Assembly: GCF_009914755.1 (NCBI RefSeq)
Contig: NC_060939.1
Source of the DNA: the human T2T-CHM13v2.0 reference genome, Homo sapiens
DNA: 64,000 nucleotides
Strand: one strand, 5' to 3'
The translations under genes were made by a program, and so were the position numbers. The notes under the pieces were generated by a model, which was not told the DNA's origin, ran no database searches, and saw nothing but the letters and a program-made list of their open reading frames with translations. This document shows positions 13,508 through 28,102 of this stretch, piece after piece (within the stretch, counting starts at the first letter, position 1; the number at the start of each line of letters is the position of its first letter).

Positions 13508-13549
13508 ATAGAAGGCCTGGAATCTGATCCTCCACTTCAGAGAACAGGG
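13508..13549 (+). ncRNA. SNHG14: Short SNHG14 exon (alternative acceptor at 13512 possible)
   Basis: Long pyrimidine tract, gag|ATAG|AAGGCC...ACAGGG|gtgagt. Confidence 0.7.
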
Positions 13550-14094
13550 GTGAGTAGCTAAGCCATTATCTTTTGAAATTCATATGTCATGTGCTCTTTG
13601 CTAGGTCTTTAGGTCGTTTTGTACATCTTTTCAGAAGCTTATTGGAGGACATTTTCATGATATGTCCTTTTCCTCATTGAGACCCTCACCATGTCACCTA
13701 CACTATTGAATCCTTATCATTTCTCTTTTAATTTTAACTCTCTTTTGCTTTTATGGAAAAATGTAGAATTTAAGAGAATTTTTGGCAATTTCATATTGGA
13801 TCAAAATGTATTGTAGTGAAATCCAGGTGTGCCAAAATATTAACAGATTTTCCCCATCTGTTTAATTATTGGGGTTTCAGAATAGAGACTCCATGGTTCA
13901 TAATATCTTTGTGGTCATACTACATTATATTTCTGCTTCTAATTTAATTATTAAATATTGACTTGAATTAGTCTTTTCCTCATTGTTGCAACAAGGTAAG
14001 TTATATAGGAAATTTTCTTCTCTTGATGGCATGTCTGAGATAATCATAGATATAAGACACCTGGCTGGTTTCTAGAATGCATGTAATTTTTATT

Positions 14095-14213
14095 TCTTGA
14101 TCTGTGTGTTGAGTACTTGCTGTGATTGCATCATGCAAATACATTGAGCTTTACAATTTTAGTGTATGCACTTTTCTACATGTATATTATTCTTCGATAG
14201 AAAGTAAAAAAAA
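14095..14213 (+). mobile_element. L1ME-like 3' end fragment
   Basis: TCTTGATCTG...TATGCACTTTTCTACATGTATATTAT followed by an A-tail. Confidence 0.6.
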
Positions 14214-15589
14214 CTTATCGAACTAGTCAAAATATTGGTTAATACATAAAAAAAGTCTCAAGTAGATTGTGTATTACATGGTGCTTGTTGATTGATGCCC
14301 TCATAATAGATCAAGTGGGTTCTCTCTTTAGCACAGGGCTTTTTAGCAAATCATGTCATGAGTAGTTACTCAAGTATTTTTATTTTAACACATTTATATT
14401 TTTTCTATGTATATTCTTAAATTCTCTTATACTTTTTTCTCTGTTATAAAAACATGCTGAACAATCTCAAGTCTTAAGGATTGCAGTATTGTCCCCACAT
14501 ATTCATGTATTTTGGTACTCAATTCTTTATACTTTCTTTGACAGATCACTTGAACTGGCACATGTCTCTTGTTTTGCAGAGAGGGAATTAATGTGATACC
14601 TTCATGCTTTTCTATTCTATGTGCTACATAATTGAATATACAAGCAAATATAGTTGTTAAGATTTAGTGTGATTATTTCTACACCACATGCAAAGAAGTT
14701 TCTCATAGATCTTAATAGAGGCCCACACGCATTGTACAGTTTAGAATTTGGGGAAATATTGATGAAGTTGGGTAAAGTATAAAGCCAAAAGTCAGAACAG
14801 TGAACTCCTTGCTTAAGGATTTCCTTGGAGATTACTTAGTCAATACACAACTGATAAATTTAAGTGCTTTTCACCTTTTGAGTTCTCGACATACTAAAGC
14901 TAAAATGTGTTTCAACTTTTAATCCTGCTTCCCTGATTTTCCCTTTTTTAGTCTGAGATCAAAGAGTTTCAGCCATAAATTACTGCCAAGAGTAATCACT
15001 TCATTTTAAGAAAGCTTAACAATATAGAAGAATATAAAATTATTTATGACAGATGTATTTTTAACCTTTTCCCCATGCTTTCCAGAGGAAATATGTTTAA
15101 TCATCTGCCCTATATTAGGGAAAAACTTTCTATGCTAATACAAGTATCTATCAATCCATTTATCTTTCTATATAAGATGTATTGATCATAACCAATTAAC
15201 TTTACTGTAAATGAGCTTTAGATTTGACATTTTGGTAGTAATATATGTTGTACAATCTCCTGAGGTCCTATAGGTCTTGAGGTCTCTATGTCAAAAACTA
15301 TAGATGTGCCAGTGTCCTCAGTGAATGTGAAGGACACCACATTTTCCTTAGCCATTTCTTGTTTTCAGAATAATGGTTATCAACATTTTGCTACTGCAAG
15401 ATACCATACATTTATAATCGGAATATGCCAGTTTGTATGCACTCATGCCTCTGTTTCTGTAGAGCATTCCCAGAATGAGTAATGCTTGAAAATTAGGTCC
15501 ATGTGATTTCTTTAATGAGTTATAGTCAAATCATGAAATATTCAGGTTACCATTATTTCAGTAATGTATTAGAATGTCAAGGTAAAGTT

Positions 15590-15790
15590 ATCTACATTGT
15601 ATATATACACACAACATAGATATAATTTATACAACATCTATATTTATACAACAGATATATATTTATGTATATATTTATACAACATAAAATATATTTTATT
15701 ATTTAAACATAAAATATATTTTATTATTTAATATAGATTCTTAAGTGATAAATATGTTTAATATTATTAAAATAGGTTAAAATAGGTTAT
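15590..15790. repeat. AT-rich low-complexity / degenerate tandem repeat
   Basis: Repeated ATATTTATACAACA and AACATAAAATATATTTTATTATTTAA units. Confidence 0.8.
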
Positions 15791-16004
15791 AGTTAGTACA
15801 GTGAAAATTGGCAGCCCTTTTACAAAACATATGCCATAACTATAGCATTTATCACTGACAGTCATACCAGGATAGTCTTTTATTTCCAATCACTTAAATA
15901 TTCCTAATTGCAAAAGAAATTTGAAGACTAAAATTCAGAAGTTTTGAAAGAGCCATTGCCTGGGTAAACTATACAGGTTTCAGTTTTATTTATAATAATT
16001 ATGA

Positions 16005-16296
<292 letters not shown>

Positions 16297-16873
16297 TTAT
16301 GTATATATTTATAAATTAATACTTAATAAATTAATAACTTGTGATAGGCAATGCAAAGATGACAGTAAAAGGACAAAATTGATTAGATTGATAAAGTCCT
16401 GTTAACATGAAGAAATTGACCAGGATACCATCCACACTATAAAGTTAGAGAAATTTATCAGGACAATTCCCTAAAATACTCTTCTCAATTTTAACATTGT
16501 AACAGGAATTTTTAAAATTTTGGTATTATGTGTGTTTCCTTCCAGATAATTTGAACAGATTCATATTTGGTATTTTTAAAAGCCATATCTTTGTCCTTAG
16601 TGCTGGCAATGTATTCTTGAGAATGAACAAATAAGAGATACGTAAAAGCATAAGAGAAGGTATCAGGTTGAAGTAGTCAATCAGTTATACAGAACACAAA
16701 GAATTTTATCTTGTATAATGTTTATATAGCTTTATAGAAGTGTGCTGAAAGGGCTATAAAACATGGACATTATTATCTCATTGAAAGGTCCAATACGTAC
16801 TGAAATACATGCTTTTATTTTGAACCAACCACCCTATAAACGTTGTATGGCTTATTTAGATGAGAGCCCAGGT

Positions 16874-16878
16874 TGTGT

Positions 16879-16923
<45 letters not shown>
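16874..16923. repeat. (TG)n microsatellite, one interruption
   Basis: Direct reading. Confidence 0.95.
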
Positions 16924-16925
<2 letters not shown>

Positions 16926-17777
16926 CCTGACAGGGAAGCAAGAACATCGAGTTGCCAATGCACTCTGTCTATGGTTAGAATCATGCTGAAAACATGGCTC
17001 CCCCAGTTCTGGAATGAGCCCACAGATCAAGCATTCCCCGAAGACATAGCAGGCTCAAATCCCTGTGTACACAATATTTTATGATTATCTTATGTCAGTA
17101 CTTTCAAAGTATACAGTTTGTGTGAAGACAAATCCAATGTCATTTTTCTTGGCTAGCCTATATGTGTGGTAAATCCATTATTTACTTACTTGCTTCCTGA
17201 AAATTACAATTAGATTAACAAACTGCAGCAAAGTGGGCATGATGAGATAGAGATTGAAGTGTAAGCTTATGTTAATGATGCCCTTGGTTTGGATAAACAC
17301 ATCTAAGAGAAAAATGGAAAAACACACATGGCAGGGAAGCCTTGATAGAGCCAAAATATAGGATTGTATGTAGTAATGCAGTCCATAGATGAGCATTTGG
17401 CAGTAATATTATTTTTCAGATATGGATAAAAATTGCTTAGGAGAGTAAAGAGAGACAAAGTTGAAAGCAGGTTTATAGTAGGTGTTGTTTTAGTGTTGAT
17501 CCCTTTTTGCTCCAATAATCAAAGTGATAAATATTGAAAATTGATTCATGCAGCATTACTTACTCCATTCTAATTTTTATATATGTCAAAAGTGCCATCT
17601 CCCAAACTGTGCTATCCCCTTCAGGAGAAGAGACTCTGCTGAAGTTTATAAGGTTGACATATTGCCAGCTTCAATAATGTAAAGATGAAGTGTATACTGA
17701 ATTCTTAATGCAAATAACAACTCTATTGGAAAGTAACCCAGTTATAGAAGTGCTAATTTGTCAGGAGCTGCCTTACC

Positions 17778-17850
17778 AAGATCATGATGAGTACAGTTAT
17801 CTCAGGATTCTGAAAGATTGTTTTCCGATTTCAACTAGTCTAGCTGAATG
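17778..17850 (+). pseudogene. SNORD109-like relic with intact box C
   Basis: GATCATGATGAGTACAGTTATCTCAGGATTCTGAAAGA aligns with the SNORD109B 5' half; downstream flank to about 18330 aligns with 11650-12074 and 13100-13549. Confidence 0.7.
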
Positions 17851-18419
17851 TTCCTTGATAGAAAGAGAGGACTTTTAGAATTGGTTCAATATGATGACCT
17901 CCTGAATTATCTCACATAGCCCGTTTGTACATGCCTTTCTTTTCTCTCAGAAAATGGCACTATCATAATAGCTTTCTTACACAGACTTCACCTTAGGGTT
18001 TTACATTAAGGGAGGGGCCTGGTGTTTCATTTATTTTGAAGTATTTGTTGTTGATTGTGTACAGTGCTTGAGTAAAAAATTGAATATAGAAACATCTAGA
18101 ATATTTTTTTAAAGGATCAGTGTTTATAAAGTGAATTATTAGTGTCAATAATGTTGGGAAAGTTTTAAGAGAATATAGGAAACTTGAACATTACACAACT
18201 ACAATGGGACCAAATTGTGGGGTCTCATTATAGTTAATATTTATGTATTTTTTTCCAATTGATTTGTGTGCTTTTTTTCTGCATGTTTTTGGCAGATAGA
18301 ATGGCTATAACAAGTAACAGCATGTCAGGTAATAAAAATAAGCAGAGCCCTATTCCTTTAAAAATCTTCACTGATGGGAGGGCCATAAAATAAGTCTTAA
18401 TACATTTAAAGAATTAAAT

Positions 18420-19750
18420 TCATGTAAACCATGTTAATTTAATTCCACAATGATATTGAATTAGAAATAAGAGGAATATCTCTTGAACATCTCCTAAATG
18501 TTTGGAAATTTAAATTAGCATTTCTGACCTATTTATTGGTTAAAAAAGATACAAAGAAAGGAAAATTGAAAAGTCTTTTGAACTGAATAAAAATAAAAAT
18601 ATAGAATCTAAAACTTTATGGGATACTGACAAAACAGGATATAGGGAATAATTTATAGCACTGAAATGCCTATATTAGAAAAGAAAAAAGGTTTTAAATC
18701 AGTAAATTTGTATTTTACCTTAAGAAACTTAGAAAAGAACAAATTAACCCAGACTTAAGTAAAATAAAGGCACTAATAAAGATAAGAGCAGAAATCAATG
18801 AAATATAAAACAACAAAACACAGAGAAAAATTGAGAAAATTTAAAAATAGCCTAGTGAGAAGATATTGATAAACTTGTAACCAGACCAATTTAAGAAAAA
18901 AAGTCAAAACACAAATACCAATATTTGAAAATGTAGGAGGGCAAATCATTACAGATTCTATGAATACTAAAATGATAATAAGGAAAAATTATTTAAAAGG
19001 GGCATGTCAGCCAGGCATGGTGGCTTACCCCTGTAATCCCAGCACTTTGGCAGGCCGAGGTGGGAGGATTGCTAGAGCTCAGGCATTCGAGACCAGCCTG
19101 GGCAACATGTTGAAACCTTGTCTACACAAAAAGTACAAAAATTAGCTGGGTGTGGTGTTGCACACTTGTAGTCCCAGTCACTTGGGAGGCTGAGGCGAGA
19201 GGATCACTTGAGCCCAGGAGGTTGAGGCTGCAGTGAGCCATGTTTGTACCACTGCCCTCCAGCCTGGGTGACAAAGTAAGACCCTATGTAAAAAAAAAAA
19301 AATGTATGCCAACATTTTTCAATAACTTAAATGAAATGGAAAAATTCCTTGAAAGACACGAACTACAAAAACTCAGTGAACAAGTAAATAACCTGAATAG
19401 CCCTGTATCAAGTAAATTGAATTTGTAGTTAAAAGCCTTCCAACAGAGAAAACTTCAGGTACCTATAGCTTCATATGAAATGAAAAAAAAAATACCAATC
19501 CTCTACAAGATTCCAGAACATTTAAAAGAAGGGAATATTTCCCAACTTATTCCATTTGGACAGCAATACCCAGGTAAGAAAAAGAGACACAGAAATTTAA
19601 AAAGAAGAATATACATTATTCCTTAGGAACATAAATGCAAAGAAATGTAATCAAAATTTTGGCAAATGAAATGTAGAAATACTTTATGACCAAGTGAGAG
19701 TTACCCAAAGAATTTAAGGTTGGTTTTATATGTAAAGATCAACCAATATA
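18420..19750 (+). mobile_element. Old L1M ORF2 fragment
   Basis: ORF2-like peptide NNLNEMEKFLERHELQKL. Confidence 0.85.
19009..19302 (+). mobile_element. AluJ
   Basis: J diagnostics GGATCACTTGAGCCCAGGAGGTTGAGGCTGCAGTGAGC. Confidence 0.9.
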
Positions 19751-20344
19751 GGAAAATCACTTCTGGAAAGTCAGAGTAAGAAACTCCAAAAATCTACTCC
19801 TCCATAAAACCAATAACAGCCTTGATAGAAATAGTTGAAATTAATTTTCCAAAACTTTGGAAATTAACCAAAGGCTTACAAAATTCCAGAGAACATTAAT
19901 TCAAGAAAAATGGCTGAATCAGTAAGAACAGCCAGCTTTGTGGCATTTTAATATGACCCCTTCCCATGCTTTTCTCCCTAGTGCTGAGATAGTCTTAAAA
20001 ATTAGCAGGATAGCAACCACTGGAGAAGAAAGGTTTGGAAATTTCCCAAAAAGTTCCATCCCCATAGAATTATCACTATTTGACCTCTAAAGCCCAATCT
20101 ATAGGATTTATATTCATTTGGACTGACTCAGAGCTCACTCAGTAAGGAAATCTCAATTTCAAGGTATTGGTCAAAAAGAATCCATGGCAATTGTTGACTA
20201 TCACAACTGCCTGAAGTCTTGGTAACAGTTGGGATAAACAAGAAGCTGATCAAAAACTGAAAACTAAAATCTTGGGAATGAGATATCTACAGGATGCTTC
20301 AAAAAGCTTTGATACATTCCTGTTTATCTAGAAAGCTACATGCA

Positions 20345-20652
<308 letters not shown>

Positions 20653-20728
20653 TTACCTCTGGCTTTCCTTTTATGCTCTGGGCAAGCTAAGGAAGAGTTG
20701 TGAACTACTTAAGTGCTGAATGGGAACC

Positions 20729-20731
<3 letters not shown>

Positions 20732-20762
<31 letters not shown>
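20732..20762. repeat. (AC)n microsatellite
   Basis: Direct reading. Confidence 0.95.
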
Positions 20763-20763
<1 letters not shown>

Positions 20764-22865
20764 CACCTTAGTAAAGGGTGAGAGGCATGTTAGTTAGAAG
20801 CATTAAAGGAAATCTCTTTCTAGTCATTATCTGTGCACTAACCTAACTGAGCAGAGACTTCAGTATCCACATACTACAGGGCATATAAACTTTACAGAAT
20901 TAGTCCAGGAAAATCATATCTAAAAAAAAAAAAAGCAGTAACAAAAATAAACTCTGGGAAAGGGGAGAATATGATTTAAAGAGTTGCCACATTATACATA
21001 ATATGTCTAGTGTTCAACAAAAAATTACGAGACATGCAAAGAAATAGAAAAATATGGCACAAAGAGGATAAGATGAAGTCAGTGAAACTATCCTCGAGGA
21101 AGACCAGATGTTGGTCTTACTAGACACAGACATTGAACCAGCTATTAAAAATACGTACACAGAACTAAGAAAAACATGTCAAAAGGGTTAAAGAAAGGTA
21201 TAAAAATAGTGTCTTGCCAAATATAGACTACCAATAAAGAGATAGAAATTATAAGAAAAGACAACATGAAAAAATATAAAGCAAAAAAATTAGACAATTG
21301 AAACAAGAGGGCCTCTATTCGCAGATTTGAGCAGGCAGAAGAAAGAATCAGTGAACTTGAAGATATGTCAACTGAGATTATCCAGTCTGAGCAACAAAGG
21401 TGGGAAAAAATGAAGAAAACTGAGCAACAAAGAACTGTAGAACAGCATCTCTCATACCAATGGATACATAAACTGGAGCCCTAGAAGGATGAAAAAAGGA
21501 GAAGGAAAGAAAACTTCCCAAATTTTAAGAAAAACATTAATTTATATACCCGAGATGACCAATAAAATCCAATTAAGATAATCTCAAAGAGACCAACACC
21601 TATACACATCATAGCGTGTCAAAAGACAAACATAAGGAGAGAATTCTTGAAGATAGTAAGAAAAAAATTATTCATAACATACACACCATCCTCAATAAGT
21701 CTGACAATTGACTTCTCACTGTAAACCATGCAGGCTAAAAAGGCAATGTACATAACCAAAGTGATGAAATAAAAACCTTCAACCAATCATTCTAGATCCA
21801 ACAAAACTATTGTTCAAAAAGAAGAAATGAAGACATTCCTAAACAAAATCTCAGAGAAATGTTCTCTATAAGACTTGTCCTAATAGAAATGCTAAAGGAA
21901 CTCCTTCGGTCTGAAATAGAAAGGCACTGGAGAGTAAATCAAATCCACGAGAAGAAATAAAGAGAACCAGTATAAGTAACTACATGTGTAAGTTTAAAAC
22001 AAAGTATAAATTTATTTTGTTTGTAACATTTGTCTTTTCCTATTTGATTTAAAATATAATCTCAATTATAAACTTGTGTTGATGGTATTATATAAAGATG
22101 TAATTTTGGGTTATAGCACCAAAATGGCAGAATAGGAATTTTCTGTAGGTGGTTCCCACATAAGTATCAATTTTGACAACCATCCATGGGCAAGAGTACC
22201 TTGTGGGAGTTCAGGAGTTGACAGTAAAACTTCAGCACACCAGAGGAGTAAAGAAATCTAAGAATAGATTCATTGGAAAGGGTATAAACAGTTTCACTTT
22301 ACCTGCATCACCAACCCCCAAAAGTGGCACAGCTCAGTAACAAGAGCCCATTATTTCTTCCACAGAGGAAAAGGAGAGTATAATAAGTAAGTGTCCAGTT
22401 TCTCAAGACATACAGGCCCCTGCCCAAGAGATCCACTTTATTTTCATCTCACCCAGAATATTGAGGTGATCAGCAAGGTGGAGTGGTTGGGAGAGGGTAA
22501 AAGCAGGAAAGAGAGATGGGGACTCAAACAGCAGCCCATACTTGGAACTGCCATAGATCCTACCAGTTACTTCATGGACTCCATCAGGAACCCACCTATA
22601 AGCCACAGGGGATGCATCCCTCCCATCTTGCCAACAAAACCCCGAATGCTCCAAATGCCTCACCCACTCTTTGGCTGGCTCCCAAGTGCGCTCCTGTGAA
22701 AAGCGAGTGAGTATCTCTGCAGATGGCTTGCAAGCACATGTTGACAGCTGGCTCCACTCTGTAGAACTGGAAAAAAGCTCACATACATGAGAATTTCAGG
22801 ACACTACCCTAAAAAAAAAAATGAGACTTCAGCACCTGGCCTGGCTTTATGCAACCTAGAGAAGG

Positions 22866-23250
22866 TGATATGATTTGGCTCTGTGTCCCCACGTAAATCT
22901 CATGTCAAATTGTAATCCCCACGTGTTGGACGAGGGACTTGGTGGGAGGTGATTGAATCATGCGGGTGGACTTCCCTCTTGCTGTTCTTGTGATAGAGTT
23001 GTTATGAGATCCAGTTATTTGAAAGTATGTAGCATGTCCCCCTTCACTCTCTGGCACTCCTGCTCCACCTTGGTAAGACTTGCTTGCTACCCCTTTGCCT
23101 TCTGCCATGATTGTAAGTTTCCTGAGGCCTCCCAGCTATGCTTCCTGTATGGCCTGCAGAACTGAACTGTGAGCCAATTAAACCTCTTTTCTTCATAAAT
23201 TATCCAGTCTTAGGTAGTTCTTTATAGCAGTGTGAGAATGGACTAATGCA
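22866..23250 (+). mobile_element. Solo MaLR LTR, MSTA-like
   Basis: TGATATGATTTGGCTCTGTGTCCCC...GGACTAATGCA; 5-bp TSD GAAGG. Confidence 0.9.
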
Positions 23251-25056
23251 GAAGGCATACAACCTTTAGAATTTGCCCCCTTGAGGGAACAAGATGTGTG
23301 AAGCAGGTTCATCCATAGAAAATGTCTGAGAGAACCTCAAAATCCCTAACCTGACTAACTGATGAAAGTGTTTCTCTCCTAAGGCCAGTCAGTAAAGACC
23401 AGAGGGGGTGACTGTTTCTTTAAATGCAAAGGCAGCAGCACAATAATTCAAGAAACATGAAAAATCAAGAAAACATGACACCACCAGAAGAACACAATCA
23501 TTTTCCAATAACCAACTCCCCAAAAATGGAGATTTACAAATTGGTTTATAATGAATTCAGAACAATTATGTTAAGGAAGCTCAGCAAACTAAAAGGAACA
23601 CCAATAGACTACTCTGTGAAGTCAGGCAAACAATTCATGAACAAAACTAGAAATTCAAAAAAGAAAAAAATTATCTTAAAAGAAAACCCAGAAGTTATGG
23701 AGCTAAAGAATACAATGCATGAAATGAAGGAGCGTATCAACAGCAAAGTTGATCAAGCATAAGAAAAAAAAAATCTGTGAAACTGAAGACTGGCTATTTG
23801 AAATTATTCATCAGAGGATTAAAAAAAAAGAATGAAAAGAAATAAAGAAAGCCTACAGGATGTATAAAACACCATCAAGAGAACTAATATAAGGATTATT
23901 GGAGTCATAAAGGAGAAGAGAGAAAAGGGTAGAAAACTTATTTAAGAAATAATGGCTGAAAACTCTCCAAATCTAGGAAAAGATATGAGCATCCAGGTAT
24001 ATGAAGCTCAAAGATCCCCATACAGGATACATTCCAAAAAGACTTCACCAAAACACATGATAATCAAACTGTCAAAAGCAAAATCAAGACGATGAATAAA
24101 CCACCAATCACTAAGAGGGAGACAGGATTCTTATGTTGTCATTATTATTTACATATAATTTCAGTAAATGTTATTGGAAAATTTATAATGTTTTAAAAAA
24201 AGAAATTTGAAAGCACCGAAAGAAAAGAGACTCATCACATACAGGGAACCCTTTTAAGGCATTCAAGAGATTTCTCAGTAGAAACCTTACAAAATAGGAG
24301 AGAGTGGGATGAACTATACAAGTGCTGCAAGGAAAAAAATGCCAACCAACGCTTTACCTGGCAAATCTGTTCCTCAGAAATGAAGGAGAGAGAAGAACTT
24401 TCCTAGACAAACAAAAGCTGAGGCAGTTCATCACCACTAGACCTGCCTTACAAGACATACTAAGGGGAGTTCTTCAAGCTGAAATGATATGGCAATAGTT
24501 AGTAATATGAAATGATAAACCTCACTGGTAAAGGAAAGTACATAGTCAAATTTAGAACACTTTGATACTATAATGATGGTGTATAAATAATTTTACTGTG
24601 CTATGAAGGTTAAAAGACAAAAGTATTAAAAAAAACCCATAGCTGCAATAGCTTGTCAATGCATACTACAGTATAAAAAGATGTAAATTAGAACATTAAA
24701 AACATAGCATGCAAGGGTAGGGAAGTAAAAGTGTAGTTTTCATATGTAATCAAATTTAATTTGTTATCAGCTTAAAATAAATTGTTATACCTATGTTTTA
24801 TGTAAGTGTCATGGTAACTATAAAGGAAAAACCTCTAGTAGATACACAAAAGAAAAAGAGAAAGGAATCAAAACATAACACTACAGAAAATTATCAAATT
24901 ACAAAGGAAGACAGCAAGGGAGGAACAAAGTAAAAAGAGCAAGAAAAAATTTAACATAATGAAAACAGTAAGTCCTTACGTGTCAATAATTACTTTAAAT
25001 GTAAATGGATTAAATTATCCAAACAAAAAAACAGACTGGACAAATGGATTTTAGAA

Positions 25057-25075
25057 ACAACAACAACAACAAACA

Positions 25076-25111
<36 letters not shown>
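25057..25111. repeat. (AAC)n/(CA)n microsatellite
   Basis: Direct reading. Confidence 0.9.
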
Positions 25112-25115
<4 letters not shown>

Positions 25116-26720
25116 CACCCAGACCCAACTATGTGCTGCCTACAAGAGATTTACTTCCACTTTAAGGACACATACAGGCTGAAATTAAAAGAACAGAAAA
25201 AGATATTGCATGCAGATAGAAACCAGAAGAGAGGAGAGGCATCTATACTTACAGCATACAGAAAAGATTTTAAGTTAAAAACTATATCAAAAGGCTAAGA
25301 AGGTCAAAATGGTGAAGCAGTTAATTGTTCAAGAAGACATAAAAATTGTAAATATTTATACACCCAATATTGAAGCACCTAAATATATAAGGCAAATATT
25401 AATACATATAAAAGGAGAAATATACAGCAATACAGTAATAGTAGTGAACTTCAGTGCCTCCCTTTCAAAAATGGATAATCCAGACATAAAATCAATAAGG
25501 AAACATTTAACTTAAACTTCACTTTAGACCAAATGGATCTAACAGACATTATACTGAACATTTCATCCAACAGTGGTAGAATTCACATTCTTCTCAAGCA
25601 CACATGGAACATTCTCCAGGATAGATTATATGTTAGCTCACAAAATAATATTACAAAATTTAATACAGCTGAAATATCAATTATTTTGCACCACAATAGT
25701 ATAACACTAGAAATCAATAACAAGATGGAAACTGGAAATTTACAAATATATAGCATTAACATATTCCTGAACAACCAATGGGTCAAAGAAAAAAATCAAA
25801 ATAATTTTGTGACAGCAAAGTAGAAACACAACATACCAAAACATACAGGACACAGCAAAAGCAGTTCTATGAGGTAAGCTTATATTGATAAACACATTTA
25901 AAAAAAGATTTTAAATAAACAACATTACACCTCAAGGAACTACAAGGAAGAAAAAAAAACAAGCCCCATGTTATCAAAGGGAAGGAACTAACAAAGATCA
26001 GACAGAAATAAATGAAACATAGACTAGAAAAACAATAGAGACTATTAATAAAACTTAGAGTTAGTTTTTTAAAAAATAAAATCAACAAACCTTTAGCTAG
26101 ACTAAAAAAAGAGAAGACTCAAATAAAATAAAAAATGAAAGAGGAGACATTACAACTGATACCACAGACATACAAATTAAGAGAAAACTATATGCCAACA
26201 TATTAGTTAACTTGCAATGGGTAAATCCCTAGAAACATACAACCTACAAAAACTGAATCATGAAGAAATGGAAGATCTGAACAGATCAATAATGAATAAG
26301 GGAATTGAATCAGTATTCAAAAATCTCACAAAAAGAAAAGCTCAGGATCAGATGGCTTCACTGGTGAAGACTGCCAACCATTTAAAAAAATTAATACCAC
26401 TCTTTATTAAGCTCTTCCAAAAAAATTGAAGAGGAGAAAACACTTTCAAATTCATTATAAGAGGCCAGTTTTACCTTGATATCAAAGATTTAAAAAGAAC
26501 ACTTCGAGAAAGGAAAATTACAGGCCAAAACCCTTGATAAATATAGATGCAAAAATGCTCAGCAAAATACTAGCAAACCTAATTCAGCAACACATTATAA
26601 TGGCATACATCATGACCAAGTGAGATTCATGCCTCGGATGCAGGATAGTTCAATATAATCAAATCAACAAATGTTACACTACTTTAACAGAATGAAGGAT
26701 AAAAATCATATGATCATCTC

Positions 26721-28102
<1,382 letters not shown>

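Noticed and set aside
17890-17910. ATGATGA...CTGA boxes
   Set aside because: Only 4 nt apart; aligns to unit spacer (about 11651), not a snoRNA.
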